Counted from the first letter of the stretch, positions 1-8,577 are shown. The stretch is 32,000 nt of DNA from Geotalea daltonii FRC-32 (GCF_000022265.1 NC_011979.1:1830001-1862000), one strand, 5' to 3'. The notes: generated by a model from the letters alone, not told the origin. Numbers and translations: made by a program.

Positions 1-1
1 G

Positions 2-511
2 GACGACAAAACGAAGATCTATGTCAATCCCACCGGCCGTTTCGTCGTCGGCGGACCCCATGGCGATGCGGGGCTGACCGGCCGCAAGATTATTGTCGAT
101 ACCTACGGCGGTTTTGCCCGGCATGGGGGGGGCGCCTTTTCGGGAAAAGATCCCACGAAAGTTGATCGTTCCGGCGCCTATGCGGCACGTTATGTGGCGA
201 AGAATGTGGTTGCTGCAGGCCTTGCCAGGAGGTTGGAAGTTCAGATTGCATACGCAATCGGCGTGGCGCGGCCGGTTTCCATATTTGTCGACAGCTTCGG
301 CACAAGTGAATTCACCAATAGCGAACTTGCCGAGCTGATAGCAGCCAACTTCGATCTGCGCCCAGCGGCAATCATAGAGCAGCTCGATCTGCGCCGCCCG
401 ATCTACCGGCAGACTGCCGCCTATGGTCACTTTGGCCGGACTGATCTGGATCTTCCCTGGGAACGAACTGACAAGGCTGAGCAGCTCAAGCAGGCGGTAA
501 TAAAACAGTGA
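2..511 (+). CDS. metK: S-adenosylmethionine synthetase, C-terminal ~170 aa (5' end outside the window)
   Basis: The frame is open from the window edge. Translation reads [37 protein letters not shown]...[23 protein letters not shown]...AYAIGVARP...TAAYGHFGR, which are classic MetK C-terminal motifs. Stop TGA at 509-511. Confidence 0.95.
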   Translation, partial: DDKTKIYVNPTGRFVVGGPHGDAGLTGRKIIVDTYGGFARHGGGAFSGKDPTKVDRSGAYAARYVAKNVVAAGLARRLEVQIAYAIGVARPVSIFVDSFGTSEFTNSELAELIAANFDLRPAAIIEQLDLRRPIYRQTAAYGHFGRTDLDLPWERTDKAEQLKQAVIKQ

Positions 512-570
512 ATGGTGAATGGTGAAGAGTGAAGAGTGAAGAGTGAAGAGTGAAGAGTGAAGAGTGAAAG
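508..570 (+). repeat. Tandem heptamer array, 9 contiguous units: 2x GTGAATG, 6x GTGAAGA, 1x GTGAAAG
   Basis: Read directly. Units start at 508, 515, ... 564. The first unit contains the metK stop codon and the last unit runs into the GAAAGGAG ribosome-binding site of the next gene. Confidence 0.9.
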
Positions 571-580
571 GAGAATTGTC

Positions 581-1834
581 ATGTCCGTTGCTTTGAAACG
601 AACATTCGAAAATGAACTGAGCCTGAACGAGGTGGTGGAAAAGTATCCCGATGTGCCGAGGCTGATTGCGCTGAAGATCGACGCGCAGAGGCGGGGAGTC
701 CATTACACGGAGCGTGCCCTGGCCTCTATCGACGATACGGTGCAGATGCGCAGCCCTTACATCTTCGGCTCCCGGGACGGCGAGATCAAACCGCTGCCCG
801 AATCGATCCTGCTCAGGGACGGAACCTCAATCCTCACCGATCCGACGCCCCTTGAGCAGAATCCCTATCTTGTCGACCTGGTGGACGGTCGCTTGGCGCT
901 CGTTGATGGCGGGGAACCGGTCGAATTTGTGGAACTATGGCCGAAGCCGCTCTACTACGACAAAAAAACCAGTTCCGGCGTGCCAATGAGTCATATCGCC
1001 AGCGCCAGGCCGCAGCGGCTCAACATCTTCCAGTCAAGCTTCTGCCATTTCTGGGCGGAAAAACAGGAATGCCGCTTCTGCGACATTGTCAATCATACCA
1101 AACAACAGAAAGACGCCCTGGGAGTGCCGACCAGGTTGAAACCGGAAGACGTGTCGGAAACGGTGCGCGAGGCGCTCAAGGAGCCGGGTCGTTTCACCAG
1201 CATGTGCCTGACTGCCGGCTCAGTTCTCAAAGGTGAGGAGATCTTTGACCGGGAGGTGGACTACTACATCGAGACCCTTCAGGCCATCGGCGAGAATTTC
1301 ACCACCAAGAAGTTTCCAAGTCAGTTGATCGCTTCAGCCTTCAATGAGAGGCAGTTGGCGCGCCTCTACGAGCAGACGGGACTTACCAGTTATACCAGCG
1401 ATCTGGAGGTGCTGGGGGAAAAGATGTTTAATTGGATCTGCCCTGGCAAGGCTCAGTCGGTCGGCTATCGGGAGTGGCAACAGCGCCTGATCCGGGCTGT
1501 GGATATCTTCGGCCGGGGGAATGTTGGTACCGGTTTGGTGGGAGGGGTGGAACTGGCCAAGCCGAGCGGCTTTACCCGTGAAGACGACGCCTTGGCATCG
1601 ACCCTGGCTGAAGCGGAATACCTGGCGGAGAATGGTGTGACGACCGTTTACATCGTTTGGGTGCCACGCCCCGGTTCCTATTTCCGCGATCAGCAAAATC
1701 CATCACTTGAATACTTCGTCCGGTTGGCCAGGGGACTCCACAACCTGCGGGTGAAATACAATTTAGGCGTCGATTTCGATGATTATCGCCGTTGCGGCAA
1801 TCATCCGGACACGGATCTTTCACGGCTTCTTTAA
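581..1834 (+). CDS. Radical-SAM-like Fe-S enzyme with a non-canonical Cys triad (CHFWAEKQECRFC, i.e. CX8CX2C); function unknown
   Basis: ATG at 581 lies 7 nt after AAGGAG, whereas the track's GTG at 557 sits inside the heptamer array. The Cys triad is followed by TIM-barrel-like segments (MCLTAGS, GVTTVYIVWVP). No canonical CX3CX2C is present. Confidence 0.55.
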   Translation: MSVALKRTFENELSLNEVVEKYPDVPRLIALKIDAQRRGVHYTERALASIDDTVQMRSPYIFGSRDGEIKPLPESILLRDGTSILTDPTPLEQNPYLVDLVDGRLALVDGGEPVEFVELWPKPLYYDKKTSSGVPMSHIASARPQRLNIFQSSFCHFWAEKQECRFCDIVNHTKQQKDALGVPTRLKPEDVSETVREALKEPGRFTSMCLTAGSVLKGEEIFDREVDYYIETLQAIGENFTTKKFPSQLIASAFNERQLARLYEQTGLTSYTSDLEVLGEKMFNWICPGKAQSVGYREWQQRLIRAVDIFGRGNVGTGLVGGVELAKPSGFTREDDALASTLAEAEYLAENGVTTVYIVWVPRPGSYFRDQQNPSLEYFVRLARGLHNLRVKYNLGVDFDDYRRCGNHPDTDLSRLL

Positions 1835-1852
1835 AGGGAAAGGAGACAGATA

Positions 1853-2323
1853 ATGGCTGTACAACTGACCAAGGAAATTATCGACCTGCTGAATAATCAC
1901 GAGAGTACGAAGGTGTTGTCCACCCTGGATGGTGACGACTTTCCCCATGCAGCAGTGAAAGAGTCGCTGCTGGCAGGGGAAGACGGCAATATCCTTTATC
2001 TGGAGTTCCTGGAATCGTCCCGGACCAACAAAAATCTGGTGAGAAGCATCTGGTTCAATAAAAAAGTGGCGATAGCGGTGAAAGGTAAACAAGGCGAGAG
2101 CTATCAGATAAAGGGCATTCCCCTGAAAACGCACATTACCGGCCCGCTCTTCCAGGAGCACTATAACGCTGTCCGGGAAAAGCACGGCGACGTGGATTTG
2201 GCTGCGGTATGGGTTATCGAGCCGGAGGAGATCATCGACGAGAGCTTTGCCAAGCGCAAGGCCGAGGAAGACGCGGCGCATTCCGTCTTTTTGCATCTGG
2301 ACAGGATCGCTCGCCGCGGCTGA
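1853..2323 (+). CDS. Pyridoxamine-5'-phosphate-oxidase-like (FMN-binding split-barrel) family protein
   Basis: ATG is preceded by GGAAAGGAGA. The 156-aa size and an alternating beta-strand pattern (VLSTLDGDDFPHAAV...VAIAVKG...YQIKGIP) are typical of the PNPOx-like fold. The family call was made by eye only. Confidence 0.5.
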   Translation: MAVQLTKEIIDLLNNHESTKVLSTLDGDDFPHAAVKESLLAGEDGNILYLEFLESSRTNKNLVRSIWFNKKVAIAVKGKQGESYQIKGIPLKTHITGPLFQEHYNAVREKHGDVDLAAVWVIEPEEIIDESFAKRKAEEDAAHSVFLHLDRIARRG

Positions 2324-2438
2324 TGTGAGACTACTGACTGCTGCGGGGATGTCTGCGGTGTTGCCGCTCGTTTTTTTTGTTTGTGTCCTGCATCCCCGGG
2401 AAAGCCTCTAAAAGCTATCATTAAAAAGGAGAAGATCC

Positions 2439-3404
2439 ATGAAAAAAGTTTTCAGTACATTGCTCGGTATATTAACCATCGCCGTCATGACAACAGGGCC
2501 GGCCGCGGCCGGGGAACTGCGGATCGCTACCCAGCCCATACCCCAGTATGCCCCAATCTTTATCGCCAAGCATAAAAAGTGGGTAGAGGAGGAGTTGGCC
2601 AAGGTGGGGGCAAAACCTGCTATCAAATGGTCTTCCTTTTCCGCCGGTCCACCCATCAATGAATCCTTTGCGGCAGGGCAGCAGGATGTCGGCTTCCTCG
2701 GCGATACCCCGGCCATTATCGGCAAATCGGCAGGCATCGACACCCGCATCATTGGCCTTACCTCCACTGGTCCCAAGGCTTTGGCTGTAGTCGTGCCTAG
2801 AAAATCAACCATCAAATCGGCAAGAGACCTGAAAGGGAAGAAAGTGGCGGTGGTCAAGGGTTCCTATGCACACCATCTGCTGGTGCTGGTCCTGCAGAAA
2901 GGGGGACTGACCATCAATGACATTGAATTGATCAACCTCTCCCAGGCAGACAGCACCACTGCATTGCTGAGCGGCAACATCGATGCGGCGGCGATCTGGG
3001 AGCCGGTGATTACCAAGCTGGAGAGCCAGGGGGCGGTACGGGTGTTGGCCGACGGTAGCGGCATTAAAAAGGGGCTGCTGGTGATCATCGCCACTGATAA
3101 CCTGGTCAGCAAAAACCGAGAGCAGGTCAAGGCACTCCTCAAAGCCTATCAACGTGGCGCTAAATTCATCAAAACCAATCCCAGGGAGGCTGCCCGGTTG
3201 ATAGCCAATGACGTAAACCTGACGCCTGAGCTTCTGCTCAAGGTCTTTCCCCGGTTCGACTTCAACCCGGCAATCCAGGCCGATGATATCGATGAGATCA
3301 AAAAGACCGAAGCATTCATGCGTAACGCCGGCTTGATCAAGAGTTCAGTCAATATCGGCAATTTTGTCGACCTGAGCCTTACCCGCGAGAGTGGCATTAG
3401 GTGA
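2439..3404 (+). CDS. ABC transporter periplasmic substrate-binding protein, NitT/TauT (SsuA/NMT1-like) family
   Basis: RBS AAGGAGA. Signal peptide MKKVFSTLLGILTIAVMTTGPAAA. SsuA/TauA-like layout (LRIATQP...GDTPAI...DLKGKKVAVVKGS...IDAAAIWEP). Confidence 0.85.
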   Translation: MKKVFSTLLGILTIAVMTTGPAAAGELRIATQPIPQYAPIFIAKHKKWVEEELAKVGAKPAIKWSSFSAGPPINESFAAGQQDVGFLGDTPAIIGKSAGIDTRIIGLTSTGPKALAVVVPRKSTIKSARDLKGKKVAVVKGSYAHHLLVLVLQKGGLTINDIELINLSQADSTTALLSGNIDAAAIWEPVITKLESQGAVRVLADGSGIKKGLLVIIATDNLVSKNREQVKALLKAYQRGAKFIKTNPREAARLIANDVNLTPELLLKVFPRFDFNPAIQADDIDEIKKTEAFMRNAGLIKSSVNIGNFVDLSLTRESGIR

Positions 3405-3443
3405 TTTTATGGGAACTGCCGCGCTTGCATAGGAGAAATCGTC

Positions 3444-4235
3444 ATGGCTTACGACACCAATCAGCGCTTGCTGAAGATTAAACACCTGCTCCAGTATTTA
3501 TCACTGTCGGTAGCAATCCTGGTTGTATGGCAGGCGCTTTTCCAGTTGGGTTATATCAAGCCGATTATCCTGCCCCCTCCATCCCGGATCGCTCTGACCT
3601 TTCTGGATCTTTTGAAAAGTGGTGAGATGGCAAAGCATTTGGGGATCAGCGTTCTGCGGGTACTGGAAGGTTTCGGCATTGCCGCACTGCTGGGGCTGAG
3701 TCTCGGCATTGCCATCGGTCTTTCCCGGACTCTGGACCGACTGACCGATCTCGTCATTCAGGTGATAAAACCGATCCCCCCCATTGCCTGGATACCACTC
3801 GCCATACTCTGGTTCGGCATCGGTGAACAATCCAAGGTCTACATTATCTTTCTAGGGGCCTTCTTTCCCGTAATCATCAATACCATCGATGGCATCCGCC
3901 AGACCGATCATAAATTTGTCGAAGTAGCGAGAATTCTCGAAGTGCCACGGCGCAAGTTCATTGGGCAGATGGTCATTCCGGGGGCATTGCCGGCGATAAT
4001 GACCGGTATCCGTATCGGCCTCATGGTGGCATGGATGTGCGTGGTGGCGGCCGAGTTGATAGCTGCCAGCAGCGGCATCGGTTATCTCATCATGGATGCA
4101 CGGCAGTTGTCACAGTCGGACGTGGTACTGGTCGGCATGATTACCATCGGCGTCATCGGCAAGCTCATGGACAGTGTACTGAAGCGCCTGGAAAAGCGGC
4201 TTATCAGCTGGAGAATTTCATTCGCAGGAGATTGA
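3444..4235 (+). CDS. ABC transporter permease, NitT/TauT family
   Basis: RBS AGGAGA. Multi-pass hydrophobic protein with an EAA-type loop (VARILEVPRRKFIGQMVIPGALPAIMTGIRIGL), as in SsuC/TauC. Confidence 0.85.
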   Translation: MAYDTNQRLLKIKHLLQYLSLSVAILVVWQALFQLGYIKPIILPPPSRIALTFLDLLKSGEMAKHLGISVLRVLEGFGIAALLGLSLGIAIGLSRTLDRLTDLVIQVIKPIPPIAWIPLAILWFGIGEQSKVYIIFLGAFFPVIINTIDGIRQTDHKFVEVARILEVPRRKFIGQMVIPGALPAIMTGIRIGLMVAWMCVVAAELIAASSGIGYLIMDARQLSQSDVVLVGMITIGVIGKLMDSVLKRLEKRLISWRISFAGD

Positions 4236-4237
4236 TC

Positions 4238-5026
4238 ATGGCGATATCAGGATGCATAGGTGGCAGTCTTGTTGTGGAGAGGCTGAACAAAAGCTATCAG
4301 GTTCGTGGCAGCAAGGTTCCCGCGCTGCAGGACATAAACCTCGCCATAGGGGAGGGAGAATTCATCTGCATAGTAGGTGCGAGCGGCTGTGGCAAGAGTA
4401 CCCTTTTGCGCATCATAGCCGGTTTGGAGAACGGGCATGACGGGGTGGTCAAACTTGGCGAAAAACCTATCGTCGGGCCGGGGCTCGACCGGGGAATGGT
4501 CTTCCAGGAGCACCGCCTCCTTCCCTGGCTGACGGTAGAACAGAATGTCTCTTTCGGTCTCAATGGCCGGCCCGCTGGTGAAGCAGAGCAGACGGTGCGG
4601 GAGCACCTGGAACTGGTGGGACTATCAGGCTTCGCCAAGGCACACCCACACCAGCTTTCAGGTGGAATGGCCCAGCGCGTTGCCATCGCCCGTGCCCTGG
4701 TCAACCAGCCGAAACTTCTCCTGCTTGACGAGCCGTTCGGCGCTTTGGATGCCCTCACCAAGATCCAGATGCAGCAGGAGATTCTCCGCATATGGGAAAT
4801 GGAGCGGACTACCATGATCCTGGTGACCCATGATATCGATGAGGCGATCTACCTGGGGGACCGGGTAGTGATCATGTCCAGCCGCCCCGGTACGGTGAAA
4901 AGGATCATCCCGGTGGACTTGCCCAGGCCAAGGGATCGCAGCAGCTACGAATTCGTCCAGCTGCGCAAGGAGATCTATGCCGAGTTCTTTGCCGAAGCGG
5001 AGAAACCGTTTGTCTATGCCATTTAG
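4238..5026 (+). CDS. ABC transporter ATP-binding protein, NitT/TauT family
   Basis: ATG at 4238 follows the permease stop almost directly. Walker A GASGCGKST, signature LSGGMAQRV and Walker B LLLLDEP are present. The track's 4031 start is an extension overlapping the permease. Confidence 0.9.
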   Translation: MAISGCIGGSLVVERLNKSYQVRGSKVPALQDINLAIGEGEFICIVGASGCGKSTLLRIIAGLENGHDGVVKLGEKPIVGPGLDRGMVFQEHRLLPWLTVEQNVSFGLNGRPAGEAEQTVREHLELVGLSGFAKAHPHQLSGGMAQRVAIARALVNQPKLLLLDEPFGALDALTKIQMQQEILRIWEMERTTMILVTHDIDEAIYLGDRVVIMSSRPGTVKRIIPVDLPRPRDRSSYEFVQLRKEIYAEFFAEAEKPFVYAI

Positions 5027-5058
5027 CCCGACAGTAAAAGTCAAAGGAGAGCGATATT

Positions 5059-6411
5059 ATGAAAATACTACTCATCAACCCGGCTTTTTACGACAACAAG
5101 GAATTCAGCAACCGTTTCGACGACTATATTGACTGGATCAAGGGGGGGAATCTATACGTTGCTCCCTTTGAGCCCCCCATTGGCCTGGCTTTTCTCACCG
5201 CTTATCTGAAGGAGCGTGGGCACGAAGTAACCCTTCTCGACATGCAGGGACTCCTCATGGACAGCGACAAACTGGCAGCGCAGATTGCCGCAGCCGGGCC
5301 TGACATTGTCGGTATCACCGCCATGACCCCCACCGTGCCCGAGGCTCTGCATGCTGCCCGAATTTCGAAAAAAATCGCGCCCATTGCCAAGGTGGTACTG
5401 GGTGGCGTTCATCCGACCCTCGACCCGGCCGGTGTCCTTGCCGATCCCCATGTGGATTTCGTTATTCGAGGCGAAGGGGAAGAGGCCTTCGCCGCTCTGG
5501 CGGAGGCGCTGGCTAACGGTTCCTCTCCCTACGACATCGACGGCATATCGTATTGTCAGGACGGCGAAGTGGTCATCAAGGACAAGGCTCGTGCCATAGC
5601 CGATCTGAACACGCTACCGATGCCGGATTATGAAGCGTTCCCCGTTGAGCGCTACATCGAACATAACCGCTATCTGCGCAGTGTGCGCGGTATTTCCATG
5701 ATCGTCTCCCGCGGCTGCCCCTTTCAGTGCACCTTCTGTGCTGTCCACCAGACCATGGGGCGCAACTGGCGGATCAAATCGCCCCAGCGGGTCGTTGACG
5801 AACTGGTTGCCCTGAAGGAGCACCATCAGCTGGAGGGTGTCTGGTTCAAGGACAGTATCTTCAATCTTAACCGGGAATGGATAAAGGAGTTCTGCCGATT
5901 GATGATCGAGCAGAAGGTGGAGATCGCATGGCAGGCTCTTACCCGCATTGACCTCATTGACGAAGAGGAGTTGCAGCTTATGAAAAGAGCCGGCCTGACC
6001 CAGCTCGATCTGGGAATAGAGACCGGCTCTCCCAAAAACCTGGTGCGGTTGAAAAAAGGTATTACGGTGGAAAAGATCAATGAGAGGGTCCGGCTGGCCA
6101 AGCAGTACGTAAAGGTTTTCGGCTTTTTCATGATCGGCATTCCCGGTGAAGATGAAACGGATGTGCAGCAGACCTTTAATCTGGCCAAGGACCTGGACCT
6201 GGACCGCTGGACATGGAGTATCTACAGCCCCCTTCCCGGATCCACCCTCTATGAAGAGCTGATTGCAGAAGGGAAGATCGAGCCGTACCGTCTTGACTAT
6301 CATCAGGTTCACTTCACCGAGGCTTACGCCGGGATTTGTGCAATTCCACCGGCCAGGCTCAAGGAGCTTTACCAGGAGATCAATGGATATTTTTATGGCA
6401 GAGCCGCATGA
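5059..6411 (+). CDS. B12-binding-domain radical SAM enzyme (class B rSAM)
   Basis: RBS AAAGGAGA. The N-terminal MKILLINPAF...GITAMTP...VVLGGVHPT matches a cobalamin-binding Rossmann-like domain. It is followed by a canonical CPFQCTFC (CX3CX2C) cluster motif. Confidence 0.85.
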   Translation: MKILLINPAFYDNKEFSNRFDDYIDWIKGGNLYVAPFEPPIGLAFLTAYLKERGHEVTLLDMQGLLMDSDKLAAQIAAAGPDIVGITAMTPTVPEALHAARISKKIAPIAKVVLGGVHPTLDPAGVLADPHVDFVIRGEGEEAFAALAEALANGSSPYDIDGISYCQDGEVVIKDKARAIADLNTLPMPDYEAFPVERYIEHNRYLRSVRGISMIVSRGCPFQCTFCAVHQTMGRNWRIKSPQRVVDELVALKEHHQLEGVWFKDSIFNLNREWIKEFCRLMIEQKVEIAWQALTRIDLIDEEELQLMKRAGLTQLDLGIETGSPKNLVRLKKGITVEKINERVRLAKQYVKVFGFFMIGIPGEDETDVQQTFNLAKDLDLDRWTWSIYSPLPGSTLYEELIAEGKIEPYRLDYHQVHFTEAYAGICAIPPARLKELYQEINGYFYGRAA

Positions 6412-6617
6412 TACTCCAGCGGCATCTGCAGGAAAGATGGATAATAGGTGAACCGGGGACCGGTGCACTCATTGATGAGGCCGAGGGCTGACGGGAGAAT
6501 TTAGCGGGATGCACAACACAGCATTTTTTGTGGATTTTATCCTTGTTGAGGGGGGGATGTTAGATATTATTTAACTAAAGAAGGTTGCTATCCGGAATGC
6601 TGAGTGCCGGAGATACC

Positions 6618-7046
6618 ATGAAGCTTATCCTGCTCATCGCTCTTGCCTCCATCATTGCTCTGGCCGATTGCTTCGCTGCCGATCAATCCATCTGTAATCC
6701 GGGCACCGAAATAAGCTACTTCCCCAATGGGGCGGTTCGTTCCTGCTTGCTGAGGGACTTTTACCCCATCGACGGCATCACCTGCAACCACCTGGAAAGA
6801 ATCACCTTTCACGGCAACGGCAAGCTGCAGAGCTGTGTTTCAAGCGATGAAATCTTGGTTGGCAACGTGCCTTGCGCCAGATACGGCTGGATAAGTTTCT
6901 ATCCCTCAGGCCGGCTTGAGAGATGTACCCTGAGAGTCGTCACGGAGATTGAAGGTAAACAATGCAATGAGCAGGAGGAGGTGAGCTTTCTGGAGAACGG
7001 GAAGCTTCTTTCCTGTTCATCGCCGCCAGGAACGATGCCTTTTTAA
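6618..7046 (+). CDS. Small secreted protein with four ~30-aa Cys-pair repeats (MORN-variant/YwqK-like motif)
   Basis: ATG at 6618 lies 6 nt after GGAG. Signal peptide MKLILLIALASIIALADCFA. Four repeats fit C-x6-[IV][ST][FY]-x-x-[NS]G-x-[LV]-x-x-C: ISYFPNGAVRSC, ITFHGNGKLQSC, ISFYPSGRLERC, VSFLENGKLLSC. Confidence 0.6.
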   Translation: MKLILLIALASIIALADCFAADQSICNPGTEISYFPNGAVRSCLLRDFYPIDGITCNHLERITFHGNGKLQSCVSSDEILVGNVPCARYGWISFYPSGRLERCTLRVVTEIEGKQCNEQEEVSFLENGKLLSCSSPPGTMPF

Positions 7047-7269
7047 GAATTCTGTGAAATAAAAGGCAATCGCGACATCGTCCGTTCGCTCTGTCGCCAC
7101 AGGTGCGGACCTTGCGGTGCCGTCCGCGTAATGGTGCACGATGCTGAATTGGCGGGGTTGCCTCCGTTCCTCATGGGGCGGGTGTCCGCTCGCCGCTGTA
7201 GCTCGTCACTCTCTCCCGATGCCACGACTGCCTTCCCCGAAAATGTCTGAAGAACCTTTTAACAGCCTG

Positions 7270-8577
7270 TCAGATTTGCCTGGTCGGTTCGTCGACGTAG
7301 AGGAGGTAATTTTTACGTAGCTGCAGAAAGTCAGCAATCTCTTCCGCCCAAAGGTGAGTGATTTCCTCCGGTGATTTCCCCTCTTCCACCGCCTGTCTTG
7401 CCAGGTTTGATCCGGCCATGTCTTCAAAGCCGTGGCGGAAGAAAGTCCTTCTCTCTGCAGGGGAAAGCCCGTCGTATAATTCCGAGACTACTGCAATGCC
7501 CACCTCCACCGGCTGGACTGCCAGGTAATCGTCTATTACCAACTCAACCCCGTCTACGGTTTTGTTCATCTGTTTCGGCAGGGATGATTTTCCGGGCAAA
7601 GAAAGGGGGGTGAACTGCACTGCGTCGAAATGTATACCGGCAAGCTCTTGCCGGTTAAGCTTTTTCGCCACGGCTGCCCTGTCCAGGCCTGGAATGCCGG
7701 CTAGGCGGAATGGCCTGTCAGTGCCTCGTCCTTCACTGGCGTTGGTTGCCTCCAGAAGGCCAATGCCCGGATAAAGGAGGGCGCTTTCAAAATCCGGAAT
7801 ATTGGGACTGGTCGGCAGCCAGGTCAGCCCCGTGTCCGGCCAGCGCATCCACCTCTGCCAGCCCTCCATCCTGACGACGATTATCTCCAGTTGGGCCAGC
7901 CCAGGCAGCATTCCAGCTCCCTTGATCATCAATGCCATTTCGCCGACTGTCATGCCATGGGCAACGGGGATGGGGTAAAAGGAAGTGAAAGTTGCCGGCA
8001 GCTCTTTCCTGACAAAGCCTGCCACATAATTGCCCCCCAGAGGGTTGGGCCGGTCGAGGACCATGAAGGGAATGCCTTTTTCCGCTGCGGCTTCCATCAC
8101 CAGCCCCATGGTGGAGATGTAGGTATAGAACCGGACCCCCACATCCTGGATATCGAAGACCACCAGGTCGATATCCTTCAGGTCTTCCTGTTTCGGTTTC
8201 TTTGCCGAACCATAGAGACTCCTGACCGGAATGCCATCGCAGGTGCCGTTGCCGATATGGATGCCGTCTTCTGCCGTCCCTTTCAATCCGTGCTCGGGGG
8301 TGAAGACGACTGCCGGGGGAACCTGGGCCTTGATCATCAGGTCCATGAGATGGATGCCATCCACCACGGCGGTGTGATTGGTTACCAGGGCGAATTTCTT
8401 GCCGCGCAGAGGCGAAAAGTCTTCGCCAGCCAGTATCTGGGCGCCGGTTTTGACCGGTGCGGCAAACGAGAGGGAGGAAGCCCCGAGGAAGATAAGGAAT
8501 GTCATGGCAATAACGCAGCGGAACACGTAAGCACCCTTTGTCCGGTAGAAGCCGCAACAGCTTAGCTGAAACGACAT
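7270..8577 (-). CDS. DUF1343 / NamZ-like exo-beta-N-acetylmuramidase family protein (secreted)
   Basis: FALVTNHTAV...VFTPEHGL...PVRSLYG...DLVVFDIQDVGVRFYTYISTM...MVLDRPNP matches the DUF1343 core. The start is ambiguous: ATG at 8577 or 8505 both give a signal peptide ending SSLSFA/AP. The 8664 start would overlap the rhomboid gene. Confidence 0.8.
   Translation of the reverse strand: MSFQLSCCGFYRTKGAYVFRCVIAMTFLIFLGASSLSFAAPVKTGAQILAGEDFSPLRGKKFALVTNHTAVVDGIHLMDLMIKAQVPPAVVFTPEHGLKGTAEDGIHIGNGTCDGIPVRSLYGSAKKPKQEDLKDIDLVVFDIQDVGVRFYTYISTMGLVMEAAAEKGIPFMVLDRPNPLGGNYVAGFVRKELPATFTSFYPIPVAHGMTVGEMALMIKGAGMLPGLAQLEIIVVRMEGWQRWMRWPDTGLTWLPTSPNIPDFESALLYPGIGLLEATNASEGRGTDRPFRLAGIPGLDRAAVAKKLNRQELAGIHFDAVQFTPLSLPGKSSLPKQMNKTVDGVELVIDDYLAVQPVEVGIAVVSELYDGLSPAERRTFFRHGFEDMAGSNLARQAVEEGKSPEEITHLWAEEIADFLQLRKNYLLYVDEPTRQI

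Noticed and set aside
508-570. The heptamer arrays here and at 14454-14516 as possible CRISPR arrays
   Set aside because: The units are only 7 nt and directly abut each other with no spacers. No cas genes or leader are present. They are microsatellite-like tandem repeats.
557-580. GTG at 557 as the start of the radical-SAM-like ORF, as given in the ORF track
   Set aside because: That start lies inside the heptamer array and would add MKSERRIV. The ATG at 581 has a well-spaced AAGGAG.
4031-4237. A 69-codon N-terminal extension of the ABC ATPase ORF
   Set aside because: It overlaps the permease gene in another frame and has a Gly/Arg/His-rich composition. The ATG at 4238 directly follows the permease stop and gives a normal ATPase N-terminus.
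6618-7046. The four-repeat Cys protein as a RiPP precursor modified by the adjacent B12-rSAM enzyme
   Set aside because: It has a normal Sec signal peptide and a 142-aa length. Its repeat matches a known structural beta-hairpin repeat class. The adjacent ABC system is an importer (it has a binding protein) rather than a peptide exporter, and no leader-peptide protease is present.
7043-7225. A 60-aa minus-strand ORF in the GC-rich gap
   Set aside because: It has no RBS and no recognisable motif, and it is barely above the track's length cutoff. It is treated as non-coding and flagged only as an unexplained gap.
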